Source of the DNA: DHVE2 group archaeon | GTDB lineage: Archaea; Thermoplasmatota; Thermoplasmata; Thermoplasmatales; Aciduliprofundaceae | Assembly (NCBI GenBank): GCA_015520975.1 | Contig: WAOZ01000007.1 | Location: 1-29,748 of the forward strand | Reading direction: 5' to 3' | DNA: 29,748 bases | Part shown: positions 7,252 to 15,036 of the stretch, in pieces | Layout: each line of letters opens with the position of its first letter | Position numbering within the stretch: the first letter of the stretch is position 1 | The notes under the pieces: generated by a model | What the model was told of the DNA's origin: nothing | What the model saw: only the letters and a program-made list of their open reading frames with translations | Database searches by the model: none | Program-made: the position numbers and the translations under genes

Positions 7252-9501
7252 ATGAATGGAAGGGCAAAAAAGATAGTGATGGTGGCGATGGTCGTGGTGC
7301 TCGTGGTGAGCTCTCTTGCCATTCTCGCCGCCATCAGAAAAACCATGGAAGCGGAAAACCCGACACAGGTAATTAAGACTGCGCTGGATGTTAAGAACCC
7401 GGTCTCGGTTATTGATAAAAACGGAGATGGGAAAGCTGATTACGCAGAGAACCTGAATGTTGACGCAAGCGAGAGTGAGGCGCAGGCGCTTGTAGATACC
7501 AACTCAGACGGCACACCGGATTCTTTAGAGACTGCGGAAAGTAATGCGATTTATGTGAACATAGACAACAGCACAAAAGCGCTCTCCGCATCTGAATTTT
7601 CGTCGAAATCAAAGGCTGCCAATGTCTCCGATAATGGCAATGAAACGCTGGTCAATCCGCCGAATATGCTGGATATGCGTGCGCTTGGAGATGTTTTTCC
7701 GGGTTATGCTGATCAGATAGCAATGAGCGTGAAGGAGCACAGAGGTATGATAAACATAGTGCATTTCATTCGCAGGGCTGCCTATGATTTACCCAAACCC
7801 GATATGGCATGGATAAGGGAGAATGTGCAGGTGGCCAAGAGAATAGATCCCCATATGTATTTCGGTGAGGATGGCTTTAATGGCACATCTTACAATTACA
7901 CGGCGATAAGGCATATTGAGAGAGTGGATAAAAACCACGATGGCAACCCCGAGTTTTTCAAAGAGGTCACATACTCAAACCTCACGCAGGATCTGAACGG
8001 TGATGGCACGCCGCAGATTATAATAATTCACTATTCGCTGAGAGTATATTACGACAACGATAGCGACGGCAACCCAGAATATGGAAGATGGATAAAGGTA
8101 TTTGCGTATCTTGTGGATGAAAACGAGGATGGATACTATGAAAAGAAAGTTGTGCTGGCCACGGGAGGCGAGTACAGAGATGATAACAGCGACGGCAACA
8201 GAGAGGTATTCAAGGCGTTTGCGATAGGCAACCAGACCGTTGATATGAACGAGAACAAAAAGTACGAGTTCCATCTGATTATGAAGGGCTTTGTGGTCAA
8301 ATATGATAACAATAGTAATGGAAATCCCGAAGAGGTGAAGGCATTTTTCGGGGTCAGGGCGATACTCAACGAAAATGAGGATGAATATCCAGAGTATGAC
8401 GGTGTAAGTGTAACCGGATACATTCTGACCGATGCTAACGATGACGGCAACCCCGAGAACGAAAAATTCGTGCACTGGCGCTATGCAAAGGCGGATGAAA
8501 ACAGCAACGGCAAATATGAGGATGTCAGAGGTCTGGCGGCATATGCAACATACTACGATAACAACAGCGACGGCAATCCAGAATACGAAATATGTGCTCT
8601 TAAAGGTATATCTTACAGAGATGTGAACGAGAACGGAGTACCCGAGAACGGGGCGCGCGGATTTGCCTACTGCAAAGTCAGAGACGAGAACGACGATGGA
8701 CACAACGAATCGGTGCTGTTCCGCCTTGCGTTCGTGAACGGCACGGACAACGACGAGAACAGTGTTTATGAGATTGCGAGAAAGATGTACATATCTTACA
8801 CCTGCTACGACAACAACAGTGACGGCAACCCGGAATACCGGGATTTCCTGGCAGCTGGCTGGTTTGTCAGGGATACAAATCAGGATAAAGACTGGGAACA
8901 CGCGGGCATACTCTATATGCATTTCCTGATGCGTGATAATAACAGCGACGGCAACCCGGAAGTGCTCACGAGCAGAATATTTTACAGGGAGGTCTGGGAC
9001 GAAAATCAGGATGGCATTTACGAGCATGAGCGGGGAATGGCCGAGATCGGCTGGAGATTCGATAACAACAGCAACGGAGTATTTGAGAAGGGAGAACTGA
9101 AACTTTTCGGCTACTCCGCATACAGAAACTCAACCACGAACAATATCACCCACATAACACTCGTGGTGATTCTCGGCAATTTCACCAACAGCAACGACAC
9201 AGGATTCAACGAGTGGGAAAATTACACGAAGTTCGTCGTGGTTAAAGACGACGCCGATGGAGACGGAAACCCCGAGTATGTGCATGTGTGGGTGCTGAAG
9301 CATCAGCAATTCGTGAACGAAACGGGACTGGTGAACATTACCATACGGGGTGTGTACTGGTATGTTGACAACAACGACAACGGTCTCAGAGACCAGTGGA
9401 TGATAAAAGGTGTGAAGATAATACGCATAGACACGAATATGGATGGTATCTGGGACGAGGAAACGGAAACAACCATTTATCGCACGGGCTCGGATGAATG
9501 A
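7252..9501 (+). CDS. Secreted or N-terminally anchored acidic repeat protein with about 25 Dx[DN]xDG-type putative Ca2+-binding loops; function unknown
   Basis: Basic-then-hydrophobic N-terminus (MNGRAKKIVMVAMVVVLVVSSLAILAA), a good RBS, and no C-terminal anchor. Loops such as DNNSDGNPE and DENEDGYYE alternate with 12-residue beta-like segments. Confidence 0.85.
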   Translation: MNGRAKKIVMVAMVVVLVVSSLAILAAIRKTMEAENPTQVIKTALDVKNPVSVIDKNGDGKADYAENLNVDASESEAQALVDTNSDGTPDSLETAESNAIYVNIDNSTKALSASEFSSKSKAANVSDNGNETLVNPPNMLDMRALGDVFPGYADQIAMSVKEHRGMINIVHFIRRAAYDLPKPDMAWIRENVQVAKRIDPHMYFGEDGFNGTSYNYTAIRHIERVDKNHDGNPEFFKEVTYSNLTQDLNGDGTPQIIIIHYSLRVYYDNDSDGNPEYGRWIKVFAYLVDENEDGYYEKKVVLATGGEYRDDNSDGNREVFKAFAIGNQTVDMNENKKYEFHLIMKGFVVKYDNNSNGNPEEVKAFFGVRAILNENEDEYPEYDGVSVTGYILTDANDDGNPENEKFVHWRYAKADENSNGKYEDVRGLAAYATYYDNNSDGNPEYEICALKGISYRDVNENGVPENGARGFAYCKVRDENDDGHNESVLFRLAFVNGTDNDENSVYEIARKMYISYTCYDNNSDGNPEYRDFLAAGWFVRDTNQDKDWEHAGILYMHFLMRDNNSDGNPEVLTSRIFYREVWDENQDGIYEHERGMAEIGWRFDNNSNGVFEKGELKLFGYSAYRNSTTNNITHITLVVILGNFTNSNDTGFNEWENYTKFVVVKDDADGDGNPEYVHVWVLKHQQFVNETGLVNITIRGVYWYVDNNDNGLRDQWMIKGVKIIRIDTNMDGIWDEETETTIYRTGSDE
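7927..9123 (+). repeat. 19 tandem 63-bp (21-codon) degenerate repeat units
   Basis: The first loop Asp codon is at 7927 (DKNHDGNPE) and the last at 9061 (DNNSNGVFE). The difference, 1134 bp, equals 18 x 63, and every intermediate loop is spaced exactly 21 aa apart. The DNA motif aacagcgacggcaac recurs. Confidence 0.9.
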
Positions 9502-9550
9502 TTTCTCCCTCCACTTTTTTGTGATAAAACATAAATCCAAGTCTACCATT

Positions 9551-10033
9551 ATGGGTTCTGTGAAATTTGTGGCAGACCACATGCTTGGGAAACTTGCGAA
9601 GTATCTGAGATTTATGGGCTACGATGTTTTCTATCCCGATGGAAAAATGAGCGATGAAGATATAATCTCCATTGCAAAAAAGGAGGGCAGGATCATTCTA
9701 ACCCGCGATAAGGAGCTTGCAAAAATAAGCGGAGGAGTGTATATAGAGGGCGACGATTTCAGAGTTCAACTCAGGCAGGTGGTGAAACAGTTCAATTTAG
9801 ATATGAGCAACGCTTTGACCAGATGTTCAATATGCAATGCTGTGCTTGAAGAGGTAAAGGATAAGAGCATTGTAAAGGGCCGTGTTCCAGATTATGTTTA
9901 TTCCACACACTCGGAATTTTACATCTGCCCGAAATGCGGCCGCATATACTGGTGGGGTACGCACACCGAAAAAATAGAGAATACGCTGCGCAATGTATTG
10001 GAAATGGAAAACGGTGGAAAGCATGAAAATTGA
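9551..10033 (+). CDS. Mut7-C RNase domain protein (DUF82; PIN-like fold with Zn ribbon)
   Basis: Motifs FVADHMLGKLAKYLRFMGYD, ILTRD, RCSICN and ICPKCGRIYWWGTH. ATG 9551 is chosen because the ORF-track extension from 9443 overlaps the previous gene. Confidence 0.9.
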   Translation: MGSVKFVADHMLGKLAKYLRFMGYDVFYPDGKMSDEDIISIAKKEGRIILTRDKELAKISGGVYIEGDDFRVQLRQVVKQFNLDMSNALTRCSICNAVLEEVKDKSIVKGRVPDYVYSTHSEFYICPKCGRIYWWGTHTEKIENTLRNVLEMENGGKHEN

Positions 10034-11009
10034 AGTTTTGGAAAAAAATGAAATTCGCATCAAAATAGATAATCTGGATGATTTGTGGTATCTCAGCACG
10101 ATTCTTGCACCCGGAGATCTGGTATTCGGAACTGTTTTTCGAAAAGAAGAGCGAAGCGGGGATATGGTGCGTTCAAAAAAGACCACTAGGAAAAAGATAA
10201 GGGTTGGTATAAATGTGGAACGCACAGAGTTTCAGGAATTTTCTGATAGACTTCGTGTGATGGGAGTCATTGTTGCCGGACCTGAGGAATATATAGGGCA
10301 GCATCAAACGATAAATGTCGGTGTGGGTGATGAAATATCCGTTGTGAAAGAATGGAGCAGAAGCGATATGCAGTTGCTTGAAGATGCTGTGAAAAATGCA
10401 CAGAGGCCCATGGTGTACTTTCTTGCCATAGAGCACGGATTAGCGGTGCTTGCCGTACTGCGCTCCTACGGTGTGCAGGAACTGATCACCTTGAGAAAAA
10501 GAGGCGATGAAGACGAGGAATTTTTCGGCGAGGTGCTTGCAGCGCTGGAGAATACCAGAACTGAAGACGCGCCTCTTGTAATCCTGGGACCGGGATTTTA
10601 CAAAGAAAATTTTGTCAAATTTGCAAAGGAGCGCTTGAAGAATTATACAATCGCGCAGGCATCTCACGGGGATATGCGTGGGATTTATGAGGTTCTGAAA
10701 TCAGGAGTACTTGAAAGGATACTGAAAGAGCACAGGGTATCCGTTGAGGAAAAACTCGTCGGTAAGCTTCTTGAGGAAATAAAAAAAGAGGGACTGTATG
10801 CTTACGGTGTTAGGGATGTGAAAAGATATGTGGAGATGGGGGCAGTGGAGCATCTCCTCGTGGCGGATAAGACATACCGCAGATATGCGGACATACTTGA
10901 AATGGCACAGCAAACCGGGGCCAAAATACACATTATAAGCACGACGCACGAGGCAGGTCGCATTCTTTACAATTTAGGAGGTGTTGCCGCGCTCCTTAGA
11001 TTCAAATAG
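10023..11009 (+). CDS. pelA: Protein pelota homolog (aPelota/Dom34), ribosome rescue factor
   Basis: Motifs DNLDDLWYLSTIL.PGD.V, EFQEFSDRLRV.G.I, HQTINV, ILGPGF.K, GAVEHLLV.D and GGVAALLRF. ATG at 10023. Confidence 0.93.
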   Translation: MKIEVLEKNEIRIKIDNLDDLWYLSTILAPGDLVFGTVFRKEERSGDMVRSKKTTRKKIRVGINVERTEFQEFSDRLRVMGVIVAGPEEYIGQHQTINVGVGDEISVVKEWSRSDMQLLEDAVKNAQRPMVYFLAIEHGLAVLAVLRSYGVQELITLRKRGDEDEEFFGEVLAALENTRTEDAPLVILGPGFYKENFVKFAKERLKNYTIAQASHGDMRGIYEVLKSGVLERILKEHRVSVEEKLVGKLLEEIKKEGLYAYGVRDVKRYVEMGAVEHLLVADKTYRRYADILEMAQQTGAKIHIISTTHEAGRILYNLGGVAALLRFK

Positions 11010-11468
11010 AATGTAGATTATTATTCCCACGGTGGCGACGAGTGCTGCCAGAACACCCCAGAATCCGTATACCGCAGGATAGTTCATAAGTATGGTTGTG
11101 GAGAAAACCCCAAGCAGTATGGCAGTAAGCGTGTGCATTATTGTATCTCTGTGCACCATGCCGAATCTTTTATGGAATCTGACCAGCGTGATGTGGAGAA
11201 TTATTAGTGTGAGATAAAAATACGCCTGAGCGATGGTTTCGAGTGAATAGGGATTCATATACGCGAGTGAAAAAATCACAGCAAGAATTGCGGGGAAAGA
11301 GTATATGTAAATCAGAATCTCGTCCTCTATCAGTTTGTAAAGTATGTAAAATCCGAATGAGATGAGAACCATGACGGCAGAGAGAACCCAGAGCTGTCTG
11401 TAAATTAAAGGTGTGGAGATATACACAACGAAAAGCGGCAGATCCCGGATAAAGGCTTTCATCTTCAT
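10974..11468 (-). CDS. Hypothetical multi-pass membrane protein, last gene of the MoxR operon
   Basis: About six hydrophobic segments. ATG 11468 follows GAAGGTGA and overlaps the DUF58 stop codon. The 3' end overlaps pelota convergently by 36 bp. Confidence 0.7.
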   Translation of the reverse strand: MKMKAFIRDLPLFVVYISTPLIYRQLWVLSAVMVLISFGFYILYKLIEDEILIYIYSFPAILAVIFSLAYMNPYSLETIAQAYFYLTLIILHITLVRFHKRFGMVHRDTIMHTLTAILLGVFSTTILMNYPAVYGFWGVLAALVATVGIIIYILFESKERGNTS

Positions 11469-12646
11469 TTCATCACCTTCAGCACGGCAGTGAGAGGATA
11501 CTCTATGTTCCAATCAACCACTCTGGCGTAAAGCCTCAATCTTCTTAATCTGACCTCTCTTTCAGCCCGCAGTATTCTGGTTGCAAAGTCATTTTTATCG
11601 GAGATCATCGATGGCGAGATCACGAGTATATCGTAGCCCCTTGCAAGAAGCTCCACCACGGCATCGTCGGTATCCCACGCCAGCAGAGGGGATATGAGTA
11701 TAACGAATGAATTTGGGGGAAAGAACCGAGAAACAATGAATTTTCCGTACTCAAATGGCAACCTGGCGATTTTTCCGCTCCTGACTCTGAGCAACCTGTC
11801 AAGGATCAGGTAAAGTGCTCTTTTTCCATATGTCGGGTAAACCCAATCAACGGTATTGCCGAGCAGCACCAATCCCACACGATTCTTAGTTTTTGAAAGA
11901 TATGTGGTTATCGTTGCGGCAGCTCTAACTGATGCTTCCAGAATCTTTTCGTATTCTTCATCGCTTTTAAAAAATCTTCGCACATCAAGAAGAATAACTG
12001 TATCTCCTGTTCTCTCGCTCTCGTACTCGTTGACCATCAGTTTATTTCTCCGTGCGGTTGCTTTCCAGTTTATTCTTCGCATACTATCCCCGGGATAGTA
12101 CTCTCTGATGTCTGCAAATTCAAGACCTATGCCTTTTCTTCTCGAAGGATAATCGCCGAGCAAGCTTCTCGTTTTTCTGGGTCTTATGCTGAATTTGCGC
12201 ATGTATTCTATTCTCGGATATATTCTAAGTTCTGCCGGTTGATGGATGTTCTTTGTGCTGTACTCCATACCCAAAAGATCCTCCGAATAAATTTTAATGC
12301 TCTTGAAATTCACAAGGTCAAAATGCGCAAGTTTTTTCCGGATTTTACGCTCGCACAAATCCTTGCAGTAGCCCTTCAGAGAGTTGAATTCGTCAGACAC
12401 GCTGTAATACCCGTTTCCTGTTATACAATATGTGAACTCGCATTCATCTCCCTCAACAAAACGCTCTTCGGGAAATTTGCGCTCCACTTTGTGCTCTTTG
12501 TATGGCATAATGGAAGAAAGAACGAGGAGCCAAACGATAGGTACGGCCATAATAAATGCCAGCGGCATCTTGAATAATGCACCGATACCTGCGAGAGATG
12601 CGATATAAACCACCATAGCGTAGAAATGGAGTGTGCGCATTGTCAC
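11465..12646 (-). CDS. DUF58 domain protein (MoxR-associated, VWA-like) with N-terminal TM segments
   Basis: Motifs G.GLEFADIREYYPGDSMRRINWKATAR..KLMVNEYESER and VILLDV. GTGA overlap with moxR. Confidence 0.92.
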   Translation of the reverse strand: MTMRTLHFYAMVVYIASLAGIGALFKMPLAFIMAVPIVWLLVLSSIMPYKEHKVERKFPEERFVEGDECEFTYCITGNGYYSVSDEFNSLKGYCKDLCERKIRKKLAHFDLVNFKSIKIYSEDLLGMEYSTKNIHQPAELRIYPRIEYMRKFSIRPRKTRSLLGDYPSRRKGIGLEFADIREYYPGDSMRRINWKATARRNKLMVNEYESERTGDTVILLDVRRFFKSDEEYEKILEASVRAAATITTYLSKTKNRVGLVLLGNTVDWVYPTYGKRALYLILDRLLRVRSGKIARLPFEYGKFIVSRFFPPNSFVILISPLLAWDTDDAVVELLARGYDILVISPSMISDKNDFATRILRAEREVRLRRLRLYARVVDWNIEYPLTAVLKVMK

Positions 12647-13581
12647 ACCTTTGGTACGGCCACCTTTTTGAGCACCTCGTTCAGCACATCCATAGGTCTA
12701 ACGCCTCTTAACCATGGCTCGGGTTTCAGTATTATCCTGTGAACGAGCGCTATTCGAGCGACTGTTTTAACATCGTCGGGGATCACGAAATCTCTACCCT
12801 CCAAAAGTGCACGGGCTCTTGCGAGTTTTAGAATGGCTATGCTGCCGCGAGGACTTGCTCCAACTTCAACCTGCACATGCGATCTTGTTGCCCTCACGAT
12901 GCTTACAATGTAGTTGAGGATATCATCGTCCACGAAAACATCTTCCACCTTTTTTCTGATGGCCAGAACATCCTCTTTTGTTATTATTCTCTCAAGTTCT
13001 ATTTCATCCTGTTTCCACGCCATTCTGCGGCGCAGAATCTCAATTTCATCCTCTTTGCTGGGATAGCCGATGCTCAATTTAACCAGGAATCTGTCCAACT
13101 GTGCTTCCGGTAATGGATATGTTCCTTCGTATTCTATGGGGTTCTGCGTTGCGATCACTATGAAAGGCTCCTCAAGTTTGTAGGTCTCACCCTCTACAGT
13201 AACCTGTTTTTCCTGCATGGCTTCAAGAAGAGCCGCCTGTGTTTTCGGAGGACTCCTATTTATTTCATCCGCCAGAAGGATATTGGTGAATACTGGGCCC
13301 TTCAGGAATTTGAACTCGCCAGTGCGCCTGTCAAATATGTATGCGCCGGTTATATCTGCGGGCATAAGGTCCGGAGTGAACTGCACCCTTTTGAAATCGC
13401 AGCCAATTACCTGCGCAAATGACCTCACTATGAGCGTTTTTGCAAGACCGGGGTTATCCTCAAACAGTATATGTCCGCCAGCGATTATGGTGTACAGAAC
13501 TTCTCTCAGAACATCATCCTTTCCGACGATTACCTTTTTCACCTCATCTATAACCCTTTCCATTTTTTCACCAAGATTCAT
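12643..13581 (-). CDS. moxR: MoxR family AAA+ ATPase
   Basis: Motifs GGHILFEDNPGLAKT (Walker A), RVQFTPDLMPADITG, LLADEINRSPPKTQAALLEAMQE, IATQNPIEYEGTYPLPEAQLDRF and GASPRG. Confidence 0.95.
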   Translation of the reverse strand: MNLGEKMERVIDEVKKVIVGKDDVLREVLYTIIAGGHILFEDNPGLAKTLIVRSFAQVIGCDFKRVQFTPDLMPADITGAYIFDRRTGEFKFLKGPVFTNILLADEINRSPPKTQAALLEAMQEKQVTVEGETYKLEEPFIVIATQNPIEYEGTYPLPEAQLDRFLVKLSIGYPSKEDEIEILRRRMAWKQDEIELERIITKEDVLAIRKKVEDVFVDDDILNYIVSIVRATRSHVQVEVGASPRGSIAILKLARARALLEGRDFVIPDDVKTVARIALVHRIILKPEPWLRGVRPMDVLNEVLKKVAVPKV

Positions 13582-14066
13582 CCTATCGCCTCCATAATTT
13601 CCTTAACCTCCTTCACGAACTGATCTTTTGGAAGTTTTAATCTGAGCTCGTGTCTTCTGCGGTACATTTCGGCCGCGGTTTTCGCGTATTTGCCTATGAA
13701 CCTTTCAAGATATTTCTCATTTTCCATGTTTCTTCGAATTTCGTTCTCCGCCACACCGTATTTGATACTTATGTCTACCACAAGCGCGTTGATGAGCCTT
13801 AGCTCCACATCTCTCTGCGCCACGGGGTTCTCTTTGAGCGCCTTCGCAACGGTTTTTCTGAACTGCGCGATGTCCTTGCCTATTGCCATACCTTTTAGCT
13901 CTGGGGGGACCGATTTGGGAGCGAAACGCATTGAAAATATTAGCGGAAGCATAAGAAGTGATATAACCGCTACCAGATACAGAAACATCTCAATGGAGAA
14001 AAATGCGATTATGAAGAGCGCTGCGATGATTGAAATGTACACGAAAACATCATTTTTCAAGCCCAT
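13578..14066 (-). CDS. Hypothetical protein with two N-terminal TM helices, in the MoxR operon
   Basis: Overlaps both neighbours on the same strand. Hydrophobic N-terminus followed by a charged helical domain. Confidence 0.75.
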   Translation of the reverse strand: MGLKNDVFVYISIIAALFIIAFFSIEMFLYLVAVISLLMLPLIFSMRFAPKSVPPELKGMAIGKDIAQFRKTVAKALKENPVAQRDVELRLINALVVDISIKYGVAENEIRRNMENEKYLERFIGKYAKTAAEMYRRRHELRLKLPKDQFVKEVKEIMEAIG

Positions 14067-14877
14067 CTCGTATCGCCTCCAGAGCTCTCAGCGCCTGCTG
14101 TCTTTCAGATTCATCCATCTCATGCGTGCTGTATCTGGCTTTTTCAAATAGCGCTGTTAATGTGTTAACCGGTTTCTCATTGAGGTTGAGTTTCTCCAGA
14201 GCAAAGTCTCTGAATTCTCTCGGTGTGAAATATTTTTCTGCCCTCACGCCCCGCGTTCTCATAAGTTTCTCCATCTCTTTGTATGCTGCAAGTATGGCGC
14301 CACGGGCATCCTTTCCTATCTTTACCTGATATATGGCCTCCTCCACGAATTCTTTTACCGTCCTGTACTCTTCAGTTTCTGTCTTTCTTCTTTCGATTTT
14401 AAATGCTCGTACAAGTGAATATGCGAAAACTATGCCAAGAATGGCTGCGAATATTAACGAAAATACAGTGGTGGATAGAGAGCCATAACTGGTCGCGCCG
14501 CCAGAAGTACTTGAAGAACCGCCCACACCAGAAAATATATTGAATCTGTTCGCTAAAAATATTATGAGTCCGAAAATACCCATGTATATTACCACTGAGA
14601 AAAATCCACTTAAAGCGTCTGATGTGATTTCCTTTCTGTAAAACAGTATGCTCACAACGGCTCCGCCAATCAAAATAAACACGAATATCTGGAGAATGAG
14701 CATTATATCCAGACCTGGTGATGTTCCTGCGGGTGCAGGTGTGGGCGCAACGCCGGACTCTGATGAAGGTGTGATGGGCGGAATGACCTCTATATTGATG
14801 TTCGAAATGGCAACTGACAGAGATACGAGCAACCATATCAGGAGTATGGATAGCATTGAAGTTTTGTTGATCTTCAC
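14050..14877 (-). CDS. DUF4129 domain-containing membrane protein
   Basis: Signal segment plus three TM helices. C-terminal AILAAYKEMEKLMRTRGV...TPREF...LTALFEKARYS.H matches the DUF4129 pattern. First gene of the MoxR/DUF58 operon. Confidence 0.85.
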   Translation of the reverse strand: MKINKTSMLSILLIWLLVSLSVAISNINIEVIPPITPSSESGVAPTPAPAGTSPGLDIMLILQIFVFILIGGAVVSILFYRKEITSDALSGFFSVVIYMGIFGLIIFLANRFNIFSGVGGSSSTSGGATSYGSLSTTVFSLIFAAILGIVFAYSLVRAFKIERRKTETEEYRTVKEFVEEAIYQVKIGKDARGAILAAYKEMEKLMRTRGVRAEKYFTPREFRDFALEKLNLNEKPVNTLTALFEKARYSTHEMDESERQQALRALEAIRDGLEK

Positions 14878-14899
14878 GCCATATCACATGCGCTCTACC

Positions 14900-15012
14900 A
14901 ATATAAATGTTAGGTGCGCCTGAAGAGATTTAGTGGAGATGCGGCGTACGGTCTTTTTACACAACATTTTTATCCATGCTTTAAAAGGTGCGATACTCGA
15001 AACCTTTAAATT
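14900..15012. promoter_or_regulatory. Divergent promoter region between the DUF4129 operon and the metallophosphoesterase gene
   Basis: The minus strand has tttatatt (plus 14900-14907) about 25 nt upstream of ATG 14877. The plus strand has ctttaaat at about 15004-15011, about 25 nt upstream of ATG 15037. Confidence 0.5.
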
Positions 15013-15036
15013 CCAGAAATGCATAAATTTCAAAAT

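Noticed and set aside
7975-9027. 350-aa antisense ORF under the repeat protein
   Set aside because: It lies exactly opposite the coding frame. The Asp/Asn-rich codon usage of the real gene avoids antisense stops, and the product is a Val/Ile-rich shadow with no RBS or motifs.
7927-9123. Possible CRISPR array (regular 63-bp period)
   Set aside because: The repeated parts are degenerate, in frame and protein-coding. There is no invariant direct repeat, leader or cas gene.
9443-9550. Upstream extension of the Mut7-C ORF
   Set aside because: It overlaps the previous gene and the intergenic T/A tract. The family pattern starts at ATG 9551.
10974-11009. 36-bp convergent overlap of pelota with a membrane-protein gene as antisense regulation
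   Set aside because: Short tail-to-tail overlaps are common in compact archaeal genomes, and nothing else supports a regulatory role.
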